IMG/VR virus record: IMGVR_UViG_3300032820_000003
Coordinates: 1 to 64,000 of that record
Length of the DNA: 64,000 bases
Reading direction: 5' to 3' (one strand)
Origin: a virus
A program made the translations under genes and the position numbers. Shown here piece by piece: positions 9,701 through 17,770 of the stretch (within the stretch, counting starts at the first letter, position 1; every line of letters begins with the position of its first letter). Below the pieces are notes generated by a model. That model saw only the letters and a program-made list of their open reading frames with translations, made no database searches and was not told the DNA's origin.

Positions 9701-11684
9701 CATCACCAAACATGTCAGGTTCAGGATTTTCAGGCGTAGGTTCAGGAGTACTACTTCTATCCCCTCCTCCTTGTTGATCTTGTTGTTGATTATTAGTATT
9801 AACACCGTCTTCATATGACCATTGCTCATCTTGAGGAATATCGGGAAGAGATGGTCTAGCCTGTGAATAGGCTTCAACATCAGCCCCTCTTAAAAAGTTA
9901 TAGTCTTGCCCACCTTCATGTAAAAAGTGCGCCTGTACTACTCCAGATTGATTTCCAGCCTGTCCTGCTCCAATGGCTCCAGCCAATTCATGGGCTGAAA
10001 GATCAGTAGGGCTTTCTCCTAAAGTATTCTCTTCGACATCTTCGTTACGAGTAACATTTCCATCATCATCAACGTCATGGGTTCGATTGATCGGATTTTC
10101 AGGATTTCTTGCGTTATAGTTATTAATATAATGTCCTAGGGCTGTACCCGTAACATTACCGTTCCACTTTCTGGGTTCCCCAACTTTCCCTTTAGGACTA
10201 ACACGTTGTTGAAGTCCAGACATGTTAAGTAGATTATCATTATAAAGACCTTCAGCTTCTTCCATGTTTGCTTGGATATTATCAAAGATTGCATTACCTA
10301 AGTCAGTAGGTTCTTGAGTCTCTGCATCAAATAGACCGAACTCTATAGCATCTTTTTTACCTGAATCAATATCATAACTTTTATCAGGAAGGTCTAATTT
10401 ATTATTCCCAAGATCGGCATTAACTGGTGAATCTGGATCATCTGGAATTTTTTCTTCTTCTCCATCTGATTCCGTACTACCTGAATCGCTATCAGAAGAT
10501 TCCCAAGCATTTTCAGGAGGTGTGCCAGAAGCTGATTTCATCCAACCTTTTCTCGCCCCTTTTGGAGTGAATGCTGATGCATCACCAGAGATGTCATTAT
10601 CAGCCTCAAATTTTTTAGCCCAATCATCTAATGCTTTACCAGCTGGAATTTTACCGTTCTTATTTCGTTCTCCATGTTCATTCATATGGGCCAGAACATC
10701 CTCTTCTGAATGAGGACTATTTTCATTAGCATAATGATCTAAGAACTGTCTATGCTTATCTCCTATATTTCCTCTATATAGATTTAAGGGGCCTTCATCT
10801 TCTTCAGATGTGTCAGATTCCTCTTGATCAGTATCAGTTGTAGATGCACTAGCTGAACTACTTCCTCCACCCATCAAACCTTCAGAAGAATAATCTTCTT
10901 GAGCATAGTGATTATCAAGAATTTCTTTCATTCTACTTAAATTCTCTTCATCAACATTATCCTCACTTAATTGTCCTGAAAGGTAATTTAATTCATCTTT
11001 CTCATCACCGTCAGGAATTGCAGTAAAGATATTAGATTCTTTACGAGCCTCTCTAAGCATTTGTTGATTAAAAGAATTCCAATTAGTACTTGAAGAACCT
11101 CCACCACTTCCGGGTCTACCACGACTACCACCACTTGTACTTATAGTTCCTCGTTGTCCTACTGCATTAGGTTGATTTCTAGGATCGTCAATAGTAAGCA
11201 ATGCCCGTCTCCAATCCATATCAGATATTGGTTCAAAATCATCTGAAGGTGTGGGAACATCATCACTAAAGATTGGAGTTTTATCTTCAGCTTTTGCTCC
11301 ACGATCATGTTCTGAAGCCCATTTATGGGCTAATTGTATCTGCTGTTCTGGGCTTGCATTCGCAAATTGCGATGTAAAGCGTCCGAATAGTTCCTTTGTA
11401 CTCTCATTTTGCATAGCATTATATACTTGCATTTGATAGTTTTTAGCATCTTCAGTTGAATAATCAGCTTTTGCAAAAGCCGTTAATTTTTGTAAGGGGG
11501 AGGACTTCTCTATTGCCATTGATAAGGCTTCCGCATTATTTCGCTTTTGGCGTTCTCTATCGTCAGCTAAGACTACATCTTCAAGGGATTGCTGTTCTTC
11601 TAAAGATATTTCAACGGTATCAGTAGACAAGTTTAAATACTCTTTTAATTTGCGAATATTTTCACTAGGTTCTTTAATTACCAT
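6744..11684 (-). CDS. Very large, mostly disordered acidic/His-rich protein, probably virion-internal
   Basis: 1646 aa ORF with AGGAG RBS and late promoter; D/E/G/P/S-rich N-half, His-rich and coiled-coil C-half; no recognisable enzyme motif. Confidence 0.7.
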   Translation of the reverse strand: MVIKEPSENIRKLKEYLNLSTDTVEISLEEQQSLEDVVLADDRERQKRNNAEALSMAIEKSSPLQKLTAFAKADYSTEDAKNYQMQVYNAMQNESTKELFGRFTSQFANASPEQQIQLAHKWASEHDRGAKAEDKTPIFSDDVPTPSDDFEPISDMDWRRALLTIDDPRNQPNAVGQRGTISTSGGSRGRPGSGGGSSSTNWNSFNQQMLREARKESNIFTAIPDGDEKDELNYLSGQLSEDNVDEENLSRMKEILDNHYAQEDYSSEGLMGGGSSSASASTTDTDQEESDTSEEDEGPLNLYRGNIGDKHRQFLDHYANENSPHSEEDVLAHMNEHGERNKNGKIPAGKALDDWAKKFEADNDISGDASAFTPKGARKGWMKSASGTPPENAWESSDSDSGSTESDGEEEKIPDDPDSPVNADLGNNKLDLPDKSYDIDSGKKDAIEFGLFDAETQEPTDLGNAIFDNIQANMEEAEGLYNDNLLNMSGLQQRVSPKGKVGEPRKWNGNVTGTALGHYINNYNARNPENPINRTHDVDDDGNVTRNEDVEENTLGESPTDLSAHELAGAIGAGQAGNQSGVVQAHFLHEGGQDYNFLRGADVEAYSQARPSLPDIPQDEQWSYEDGVNTNNQQQDQQGGGDRSSTPEPTPENPEPDMFGDEGDFGERTPGQEAARGEGVQGEPGASATRQRGEQQGRLGQEIVTPEDRTQEGDDQGSGTSLVPAGRRTESGEKTSEEAPPVNEESSEVPTSEGMPEGQRTPTPGALPQRGTPDTPPPPPNPADAWRKTLIDNGYMSQDEADFLNDDEIRDHLKAHYDNQRKNKGSSDGRDDSAIKEKMFKRLATLKHGKDFTQAQLEDVMDDHEFDDTSELKAAIKSQRNTRDSQRNNERSQVAAREKQATRNIGQSKVNAAVDNINEIENMTSDEATEHYIDLVSLSIQNKHHLDAEHKEGIEKALKQLERNGADGDSVLHHLDAVQKRGIEIGSDEHHAYRQEEAARAAEEHEKATAAHEATMGKIREHLDAAHNDPGFHPNRHSVHDKDGKMKSSHKTSYDEKGKLITEDHTHGDHPEHGEDWNKAGTHSHAPLHLDHTPEQREAYEKLHRAKTDFKSHGEYDYDQHAHDQTKELQEHETNSANKAKRLTNASQKAHRDLQGKLLAEGLAMDKDHKERIKPYVDRLSDSRSSIDAQKEKHQSELDELDSDLQSALADIDAGVEFPASKWHRQQVINDHAARRRDKEVDHAEQMERMEQFHKENFEAHNQEEANHAQEKGDWKASSKEKAQTIFDNTENQKNKIIEDYEKGKNEIREKYNGKIIEHDNEGRRLNDEHNKAHDAAEKAKVPPEHLHHDELGKSPASMKEEHGKCGPPEGEVPPTDADGNPMVWRCGKGRNWVKKENFDAGANAAANGNVAFFPGDEHGGMTAGHGGNMFNVQDADSFQADHGDGLGSEGVMSAALHSAFQQAQNDGAVTKSEDGSHDLVATKYLKDQGIHLDKFGSHPENITTDSGQKIPKYKGARDWLKRMGSKAAGDSATSGGIDQKILGKLPSAGEALRAIRQGRERHITGSGYKAASRGERANDPDVKPSAKRELLRYSPFKGFGEKGRQRKREIHAENAAEKAATHSKISQLQEEAAKRIRGGSDSSSF

Positions 11685-11715
11685 AAATAACTCCTACAGG
11701 AAATCCACCCTGTAT

Positions 11716-11725
11716 TATTATACTA
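11716..11725 (-). promoter_or_regulatory. Putative late promoter TAGTATAATA
   Basis: Exact motif ~30 bp upstream of the 1646-aa gene. Confidence 0.6.
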
Positions 11726-11993
11726 TACTTTCCAGTATTTTTTCTCGTGTATTTAAACGTTTTCCTTGGGTTACTCTTAACCATTCTCTAGAAGGTACAT
11801 CTTGTTGTATCTGATAATACAATAGAATATTCATAGATGCATCATTATATCCTTGTAAATATCCTTCTTCTCTACCTTTAGTAATAAATGGTTTATGCAT
11901 TAAATAACTCTTATTGAATATAATTCTCAATATTATATTGAAAAGAGTTATAACTATTACCCAAAACATTATATCTTTTATTAATTCAATCAT
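11718..11993 (-). CDS. Small membrane protein
   Basis: 91 aa, N-terminal hydrophobic helix, AAGGAG RBS. Confidence 0.6.
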   Translation of the reverse strand: MIELIKDIMFWVIVITLFNIILRIIFNKSYLMHKPFITKGREEGYLQGYNDASMNILLYYQIQQDVPSREWLRVTQGKRLNTREKILESIV

Positions 11994-12051
11994 TACTTAC
12001 TCCTTATGCTTATAACTTATATGATTATGGGGAATTTGCCAGTCTTAAAAC

Positions 12052-12321
12052 TTAGCAAGTTCTTGGTTTATCCCCATCCTCTAATTTCTCTTCTATCGCC
12101 ATTGATATTCCGTTGTTAGCCGTATATTCGTCCAAGGTGAACACGGGGCGGCAGCCCGAAATTTTTTTAATGTGATCTAGAACATCCATCATATCATCAA
12201 ACTCCCTATGATAGATAACCTCAGTCATATCCGCTCCTACCTTCACTAGGAAACCATTGTCAGTCTCCCATGTAAAATCACCATTGGATTTAAAGACTAA
12301 TTCGTTATACTCCTGTGTCAT
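12052..12321 (-). CDS. Hypothetical protein
   Basis: 89 aa ORF overlapping the upstream gene end. Confidence 0.55.
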   Translation of the reverse strand: MTQEYNELVFKSNGDFTWETDNGFLVKVGADMTEVIYHREFDDMMDVLDHIKKISGCRPVFTLDEYTANNGISMAIEEKLEDGDKPRTC

Positions 12322-12553
12322 CTACAATGATCGGCCCGCTGGCTTCTCGCAAAATTTTATCACAAAAATCAACTGCCTCCTCTGGAGTATTTCCCTGATC
12401 AACTAAAGTCTCTACCGATTTAATGTAGGAATAGACTCCTTTTGATCCATCGTTACTACGATGAATTCCAATCAAAGCATTTATTATGGGATCAATAACT
12501 GATTCATAATCTTCCTGTAACAGAATATCTCTCATTCTCATTTCCTTACTCAT
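12305..12553 (-). CDS. Hypothetical phage protein
   Basis: 82 aa, GGAGG RBS, late promoter upstream. Confidence 0.65.
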   Translation of the reverse strand: MSKEMRMRDILLQEDYESVIDPIINALIGIHRSNDGSKGVYSYIKSVETLVDQGNTPEEAVDFCDKILREASGPIIVDDTGV

Positions 12554-12593
12554 TACATACTAACCTCCACTAGAGTAAATTAACTCCTTGATT

Positions 12594-12603
12594 TATTATA
12601 CTA
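12594..12603 (-). promoter_or_regulatory. Putative late promoter TAGTATAATA
   Basis: Exact motif upstream of 12305..12553. Confidence 0.6.
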
Positions 12604-12729
12604 AGAAGACTCAACTTACCCGCACAAATCATAAAGCATGAAGTACCTTTCATGTATTAATATACAGATAAGCGATTTTCAGAAAAAATAATTTTTTAAA
12701 AGAATCTATAGGAGGCTATATGGTTACCT

Positions 12730-13005
12730 TATACCCCCCTCTTAGTACAACCGGGGGGGTCTATATCTTGTATCACAACAATAAAAAACCCCTACCCATA
12801 GTGGATTCGTGACTACGACAGTAATTCATCATTGATATAAAAGCTTATTGTTATCAGTAATTAATAGTTATTTGGATATTGCGAAGGGGGTAGGGGTTTA
12901 GACATGGTAAATGGGGTTGCCGTATGTACCCCCCTCCCCTCAAAATGGGGTCTGGCATACCCTCCCATCCTAGACTCTCTGGACTAGATTTAATGGGAGG
13001 GATTG
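12730..13005. repeat. Non-coding cluster of GC-rich inverted repeats at the late/early boundary
   Basis: ACCCCCC..GGGGGGT; AAACCCCTACCC (~12786) / GGGTAGGGGTTT (~12888-12899); CCCTCCCAT..ATGGGAGGG (~12960-13001). Confidence 0.7.
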
Positions 13006-13011
13006 GCTGGA

Positions 13012-13326
13012 TCACATTAGCTTTCTGATCCTCTCATGGTAAGCTTGCATCGTAGCCTTAATGACTTCTGGCTCGTCTAGCTTTGCGGTAGTGGAGAGAT
13101 AGCGGTCAAGCTGTTCTCTGATCTTATCCCGCTCCAGCCTGAGAGCCTGATAGTCTACCCTAGCAGTCACCTTGGCTACGCTCTCGGTGAGGTCGGCAGA
13201 CACTCTAATGACCGTATCAAAGAACTCGTCAAGGTCGATTAAACCTTCATCAAATTGTTCGCTAGCCATTGCTAGCCGTTTGATCCTAGCCATCGCCTCT
13301 ATTCTAGTAAATGATTGTTCTCCCAT
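13012..13326 (-). CDS. Hypothetical helical protein, divergent from the + strand cassette array
   Basis: 104 aa, AGGAGG RBS, followed by a hairpin. Confidence 0.7.
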   Translation of the reverse strand: MGEQSFTRIEAMARIKRLAMASEQFDEGLIDLDEFFDTVIRVSADLTESVAKVTARVDYQALRLERDKIREQLDRYLSTTAKLDEPEVIKATMQAYHERIRKLM

Positions 13327-13382
13327 ATCAAACCTCCTAAAGGTTTATTGTTTTAGTCCAGAACGTCTCTGAACATGGAACT

Positions 13383-13481
13383 ATTATATAGGACTGACAG
13401 AGGAATGCAACTATTTTGCAGTTTTATCAACTCGCCCCAGACTGCAAAAGATTTGACATGAGTAGGCAAATAATATAACAT
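13383..13481. promoter_or_regulatory. Divergent sigma70-type promoter pair
   Basis: + strand TTGACA 13453-58 / TAACAT 13476-81; - strand TTGCAT..TATAAT (13410-13383); inverted TTTTGCAG..CTGCAAAA around TTATCAAC. Confidence 0.6.
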
Positions 13482-13514
13482 AGTTGCACAACAAATAAGA
13501 ACAGGAGAAACCAA

Positions 13515-13796
13515 ATGTTAAAAGTAGAGATGCAGACAATAGAAAATTATGCAGATAATCCTTCCGATAACTATTGGAAGTTTAAAGGCGGAAATACCAT
13601 TGGTATCTTCGGATCAGATGACCGCCCTGCCAATGCAATAGCGTCCTTATTGGTAGAGAAAAAAGACGCTATTTTTAAGGAATTCCCATTTCATTGGGAA
13701 GTAATTAGAAATGGAAACGTGGATGACATTGATCTATTTTTCCGTTACGAATCTGATGGATCATTAAAACGCATCGTAGATGTTAAAGGAGCTTAA
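13515..13796 (+). CDS. Early hypothetical protein
   Basis: 93 aa, AGGAG RBS. Confidence 0.75.
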   Translation: MLKVEMQTIENYADNPSDNYWKFKGGNTIGIFGSDDRPANAIASLLVEKKDAIFKEFPFHWEVIRNGNVDDIDLFFRYESDGSLKRIVDVKGA

Positions 13797-13800
13797 TAAA

Positions 13801-14157
13801 ATGGAAGCATTAATAAATATCATTAGTCACGATCTAGTAGGTGGTTTGGCTGTAGGTTTATTGTTTGGTAGTGTGCTGAATTGGTACACTATCAAACACT
13901 ACACAATCAAACTAGTAAAGTCTGATGTGGCTAGGTTATGCGATAGCTACGAATTAGAATTAATCAAAGAGTATAAAAATGATGGTATGTTATGCAAATT
14001 CTGCGATAGGTTTAATCCATTGGTATGGGTACAAATTGAAGGTAGGCATCCTGTATGTCATGGTTTAACATCTAAAGACCATAAGGATAAAGGATTTAGT
14101 CGGATGTTACCATTTGACGGTCAAACATATCCTGATGTTTATAAGGTATATAAGTAA
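13801..14157 (+). CDS. Early membrane protein with Cys motif
   Basis: AAGGAG RBS before ATG 13801; TM helix then CKFC...CH. Confidence 0.65.
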   Translation: MEALINIISHDLVGGLAVGLLFGSVLNWYTIKHYTIKLVKSDVARLCDSYELELIKEYKNDGMLCKFCDRFNPLVWVQIEGRHPVCHGLTSKDHKDKGFSRMLPFDGQTYPDVYKVYK

Positions 14158-14212
14158 GTAGCCATAGAGGTAGCTAGCCTCCCGAATGGGAGGTTTAGCT
14201 AGGAGTAGTAGT

Positions 14213-14326
14213 ATGAAACCATTAGTTATAAAAATAAATCGCTTAAACGGCAGGAGATGGAAAGTTTATAAGATTCATGGATGGTTAGGTAGAGTTGTAA
14301 TTTATACCTATCACGAAAAACCATAG
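14213..14326 (+). CDS. Small basic protein (37 aa)
   Basis: AGGAG RBS; MKPLVIKINRLNGRRWKVYKIHGWLGRVVIYTYHEKP; below the ORF-track cutoff. Confidence 0.5.
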   Translation: MKPLVIKINRLNGRRWKVYKIHGWLGRVVIYTYHEKP

Positions 14327-14338
14327 GAGTAATAATAT

Positions 14339-14569
14339 ATGGCTAGGAGAAAAAAGAATAAGCCAGTTTTGAAATGGAATGAACAAGTATTTAATAATCA
14401 ATATTATGTAGGTAGTAAATTAGGAGGCACGTTTATAGGAAATGATGAGATAGGTTATATACACAAGTCTACTGTAATGGGAGGTAATGGCTACAGTAGA
14501 ACATATAGAGAAATGATTAATCAATTAAGAAATCAATATTGGTATAGGAGATTTGGAAATGGTAGCTAG
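14339..14569 (+). CDS. Early hypothetical protein
   Basis: 76 aa, AGGAG RBS. Confidence 0.65.
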   Translation: MARRKKNKPVLKWNEQVFNNQYYVGSKLGGTFIGNDEIGYIHKSTVMGGNGYSRTYREMINQLRNQYWYRRFGNGS

Positions 14570-14774
14570 TAAATATATATGTACAGGTAAAACGAAAGTA
14601 CATCATTTTATTGTAGATTCTCCCGCAGGAGAGCCAACAGTAAATGCTAAATGTAAATATTGTCAGTATCAAAGAATTCATAATATTACACCTGTAGATG
14701 TAATGGCATCAGGTAGAAAAGCTAATCAAGAAAAAATGAAAGCTAGAAGGCGAGGTGCAGATATAAAATTATAA
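14553..14774 (+). CDS. Small Zn-finger-like protein
   Basis: C..HHFIVD..CKYC motif, similar to the C-terminus of 19752..20042; start may be ATG 14559. Confidence 0.65.
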   Translation: MEMVASKYICTGKTKVHHFIVDSPAGEPTVNAKCKYCQYQRIHNITPVDVMASGRKANQEKMKARRRGADIKL

Positions 14775-14787
14775 ATCTAATATATAA

Positions 14788-14822
14788 ATATACCTTCAAT
14801 TATTTGAGGGTATATTTTTATA
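14788..14822 (+). terminator. Intrinsic terminator
   Basis: AATATACCTTCAA-TTAT-TTGAGGGTATATT followed by T run. Confidence 0.65.
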
Positions 14823-14926
14823 CATGGTAATTTTATCAACTCCACGAACTGCAAAAAACTTGTATTATATACTCAGTCATATATAATACCTTCAGGAGCA
14901 AAAAACAAATAAGTAAAGGAAATGAG

Positions 14927-15391
14927 ATGAAAATACATAACACAACCGAGCCTATCAGCAAGTTCAATTGGACTATTCACAATATGGCATCCGCTCCAAG
15001 TAGAGATGCAGATTCTACAGGTGGCGATGTACCACAATCTTTAATAGGTGAAATTATTTCGGGAGCCGTTAAAGAATCAGGTGCTAAATGGGTATTGTCG
15101 CCTGTAGGTAGAATGTGGGTAGATTGCATGAATCTTGATATAGATACTAAGGTTTTCTATAACAATATGATTGCTAGCGGTTATCCACATTGCCAACCAT
15201 GTTCAATGGATAACTGGAAACTGGAAGGTAATCTAGATAAGTTAGATTCTACCTTATCAGTTAAACCATGTTTTGATTGTGACTCCGAGGAAGTTTTAAA
15301 ACAATTGGCAATACGCCAAGCACGAAACGATAAAAAACGTGGTGGCAAAAACAAGACTGATAATTTGATTAAAAAATATATGCGGAATTAA
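14927..15391 (+). CDS. Early hypothetical protein with two CxxC motifs
   Basis: 154 aa; CQPC and CFDC; own promoter (TTGTAT 14860, TATAAT 14882). Confidence 0.7.
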   Translation: MKIHNTTEPISKFNWTIHNMASAPSRDADSTGGDVPQSLIGEIISGAVKESGAKWVLSPVGRMWVDCMNLDIDTKVFYNNMIASGYPHCQPCSMDNWKLEGNLDKLDSTLSVKPCFDCDSEEVLKQLAIRQARNDKKRGGKNKTDNLIKKYMRN

Positions 15392-15399
15392 GCCGTATA

Positions 15400-15585
15400 T
15401 ACCCCGCCCCCAGAGTTGCCACTCCTCTTCTCTGGGGGCATTTTGCCCCTTGATAAAATTAGATTTGATAACTTAGGCATTCCATTATTCCAGTCTTTCC
15501 ATGTTTCCGTATCCAATAGTGGGACATGATAGGAGTTGATAACTTGCAAATTAGTTGACCCTTATATGTGAATAGTATACAATAG
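15400..15585 (+). repeat. Composite inter-cassette element, copy 1
   Basis: GCCCCCAGAG..TCTGGGGGC hairpin, TTGATAA x2, TTCC repeats, GGGACATGATA (15521), TGCAAA, TTGACC-17-TACAAT. Confidence 0.8.
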
Positions 15586-15607
15586 TAACAAATCAAAGGA
15601 GATTAAT

Positions 15608-15859
15608 ATGGTAAATGCAGAAACACACAACACGGCAATGTGGTTAAGAAACCATTCTAAAGGTATGGAACAAACCATCTTACGGATAATGAGGGGACAG
15701 TCTCCAACTAAGTTTGCAGATAACCTTGAAACCTATGTGGGAATATTATGGGGAGACAGAACTCCAGATGGATACAGTTTAAAACCTGTTGATTGGGTTG
15801 AAATTTCAGACTCATGGTTAAATGAATATGGTATGGATTGGGAACAGTCTCCCCCCTAA
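15608..15859 (+). CDS. Early hypothetical phage protein
   Basis: 83 aa, AAGGAG RBS; stop codon lies in the loop of the downstream CCCCCC-TAAA-GGGGAG hairpin. Confidence 0.75.
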   Translation: MVNAETHNTAMWLRNHSKGMEQTILRIMRGQSPTKFADNLETYVGILWGDRTPDGYSLKPVDWVEISDSWLNEYGMDWEQSPP

Positions 15860-16013
15860 AGGGGAGGCTACCTTCTTATCAGGTCGCAAAATGCGACTTG
15901 GTAATTCCATTCTTTCCACTATTCCTTCCTTCCGTTTCCACCCATAAGGGGGACATGATAGAAATATTAACTCTAACAAAATACTTGTTTACTCGTATGT
16001 AATTTGCTATAAT
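15849..16013 (+). repeat. Composite inter-cassette element, copy 2
   Basis: CCCCCCTAAAGGGGAG, TTATCAGGTCGCAAAATGCGACTTGGTAA palindrome, TTCC repeats, GGACATGATA (15951), TTGTTT-17-TATAAT. Confidence 0.85.
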
Positions 16014-16041
16014 GTATATATCTTATAAAGGAGGTAGTCAT

Positions 16042-16134
16042 ATGAGTAAGGATGTTAGAAGCATCCGTTCAGTAGACAATCGGAAGTATTGCAAAGTTTG
16101 CAAACGCTTGACGGTAGTCTGTTGGAAGTGGTAG
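16042..16134 (+). CDS. 30-aa Cys-containing peptide
   Basis: AAGGAGGT RBS; MSKDVRSIRSVDNRKYCKVCKRLTVVCWKW. Confidence 0.5.
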   Translation: MSKDVRSIRSVDNRKYCKVCKRLTVVCWKW

Positions 16135-16214
16135 TCTTTCATTACTCTATTAAGTGTTATCCTGTGAGATAGCAATAGAGTATATTAATTAAGTAGTGAA
16201 AAAAGAGGTTTAAT

Positions 16215-16475
16215 ATGACAATCGGATTTTCAGAACAAGAAACAATACATGACGGAATTAGAAGGAAATACACCTTTGAAAATTCATATGGTGCTTCAGT
16301 AATAAGTCATAGCGGATCATATGGCGGGAAGTTTGGTTTGTGGGAATTAGCAGTTCTGTATAATGATGAATTATGTTATACTACACCTATTACTAATGAT
16401 GTTATAGGTTGGTTAAATGATGAGGATTTACAAGGAGTGCTTAATAAAATTAAAGCCTTACCTGACCCCCCCTAA
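16215..16475 (+). CDS. Conserved phage hypothetical protein (FxNxYGASVI..SYGG..GLWELAVL type)
   Basis: 86 aa; recognisable widespread phage motif; stop codon inside the downstream hairpin. Confidence 0.8.
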   Translation: MTIGFSEQETIHDGIRRKYTFENSYGASVISHSGSYGGKFGLWELAVLYNDELCYTTPITNDVIGWLNDEDLQGVLNKIKALPDPP

Positions 16476-16637
16476 AGGGGGGTTGCCCTTTTATCAGGTC
16501 GCCTTTTGCGACTAGATAATTCCGTTTCTTTCCAATCATTCCACCCTTTCCATTATTCCCCTCTATATTCCGGGGACATGATAAGACTTGATAAGACTGC
16601 AATATAATTGACTACACCCCCTAAATTGATATATACT
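16466..16637 (+). repeat. Composite inter-cassette element, copy 3
   Basis: CCCCCCCTAAAGGGGGG, TTATCAGGTCGCCTTTTGCGACTAGATAA, six TTCC, GGGGACATGATAA, CTGCAA, TTGACT-18-TATACT. Confidence 0.85.
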
Positions 16638-16692
16638 GTATTCATCAAGTCGAGAGGGGGCATCCTCTCATAAACAAAAAGGAGATTTTAAA

Positions 16693-16950
16693 ATGGCAGA
16701 TGTAATAGACTTCAACGGTGATACGGAAAAGATCAAGGCTTATCAGTTAACCACCTTGTACAGGGCTGTTGAGTTGGAAGGAAAGACAGGCATGAAACTG
16801 TCCTCTAGAGGTTCAGCTTTATCAGTAGCCAAAAAACAATGGGGTTTCAAAGGCAGTAGAATAAAAATTCTAAGTCAGATTCATTACACCATTAGAGGTA
16901 TGGGGTATCCTCACCGAGGCCCCCTAGATGCCTACAGACAAGACAAGTAG
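16693..16950 (+). CDS. Early hypothetical phage protein
   Basis: 85 aa, AAGGAG RBS. Confidence 0.75.
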   Translation: MADVIDFNGDTEKIKAYQLTTLYRAVELEGKTGMKLSSRGSALSVAKKQWGFKGSRIKILSQIHYTIRGMGYPHRGPLDAYRQDK

Positions 16951-16956
16951 CAATCT

Positions 16957-17147
16957 CCTCCCCCCTTATGCCCAAGGGGGGTTTTCACCCCAATAGGCTT
17001 ATCAAGTCTAACAGCGATTAGACCTGATAATTCCGCCTTTCCAGTTATTTCCAGTTTCCAAGCCTTCCCATAGTTCGACATGATAGAATTATCAACCCCC
17101 GGCAAAACTGCAAAAAACTTGAACAATGGTATGGCATATGGCATAAT
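16957..17147 (+). repeat. Composite inter-cassette element, copy 4
   Basis: CCCCCCTT..AAGGGGGG-TTTT, TTATCAAGTCTAA..TTAGACCTGATAA, five TTCC, GACATGATA (17077), CTGCAAAA, TTGAAC-17-CATAAT. Confidence 0.85.
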
Positions 17148-17195
17148 TAAAGAGTCGAAGGAAACAAACAAGCCAACGGACTTAGGAGGTTCAAT

Positions 17196-17438
17196 ATGGC
17201 AAAGAAAAAAGAATTTAGCGAAGGTTTCGGAATCGAAAGAAATGACAAGGGTGAGGCAACTCACATAGTCGCAAGGTTACCCATTGAGGATGGGGCGACC
17301 ACGGCATCAGGATTGACAAGGTACTTCACCTGTCAAAACTACAACGAAGGGGATCATGAATTGCATGATTCAAAAGAGGATAGGTTGGTCGTATCGATGA
17401 CCGCCTATCAGGGAAAACCGAGGAAGGCTAAGAAATAG
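17196..17438 (+). CDS. Early hypothetical protein
   Basis: 80 aa, AGGAGGT RBS. Confidence 0.75.
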   Translation: MAKKKEFSEGFGIERNDKGEATHIVARLPIEDGATTASGLTRYFTCQNYNEGDHELHDSKEDRLVVSMTAYQGKPRKAKK

Positions 17439-17439
17439 C

Positions 17440-17765
17440 CCCTCACCCCCCTAGGTAACCTTCGACCCTAGGGGGGGTTTTATCCCCTCTAGTTTTTATC
17501 AAAACTATTATTAAGTCTAATTTTATCAACTCCCTTTCCAATGCTTCCAAGGGAGGGAGGCTTTCCAAAGGGTTCCAGTAATCCTTTCCGCCCCTCATCC
17601 TAGAGTTGGTAAAACCTTTATCAACCCTATTTCCTTCCAGTTTCCATCCAGTCGCTTTCCTTCCTTCCCTAATAGTTCTACATGATAAGAATAAGAAGCT
17701 TCCTTCCTCTGTAGGAAAAGGGACATGATAAGGACTCCCTCTATATATTTATCATGTACGGAAAT
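17440..17765. repeat. Expanded terminal copy of the element at the convergence of the two early transcription units
   Basis: CCCCCCTAGG..CCTAGGGGGG-TTTT hairpin, several TTTATCAA, >10 TTCC, ACATGATA at 17680 and 17723 plus an inverted copy at 17750; no promoter follows. Confidence 0.8.
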
Positions 17766-17770
17766 CAAAT

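Noticed and set aside
13400-17765. CRISPR array
   Set aside because: Repeats are long, degenerate and separated by whole genes; no constant repeat/spacer periodicity. The Cas4-like gene sits in the recombination module.
13400-17765. Classical integron
   Set aside because: No tyrosine recombinase in the window, no clear RYYYAAC/GTTRRRY boxes, and each cassette has its own promoter. Kept only as an analogy.
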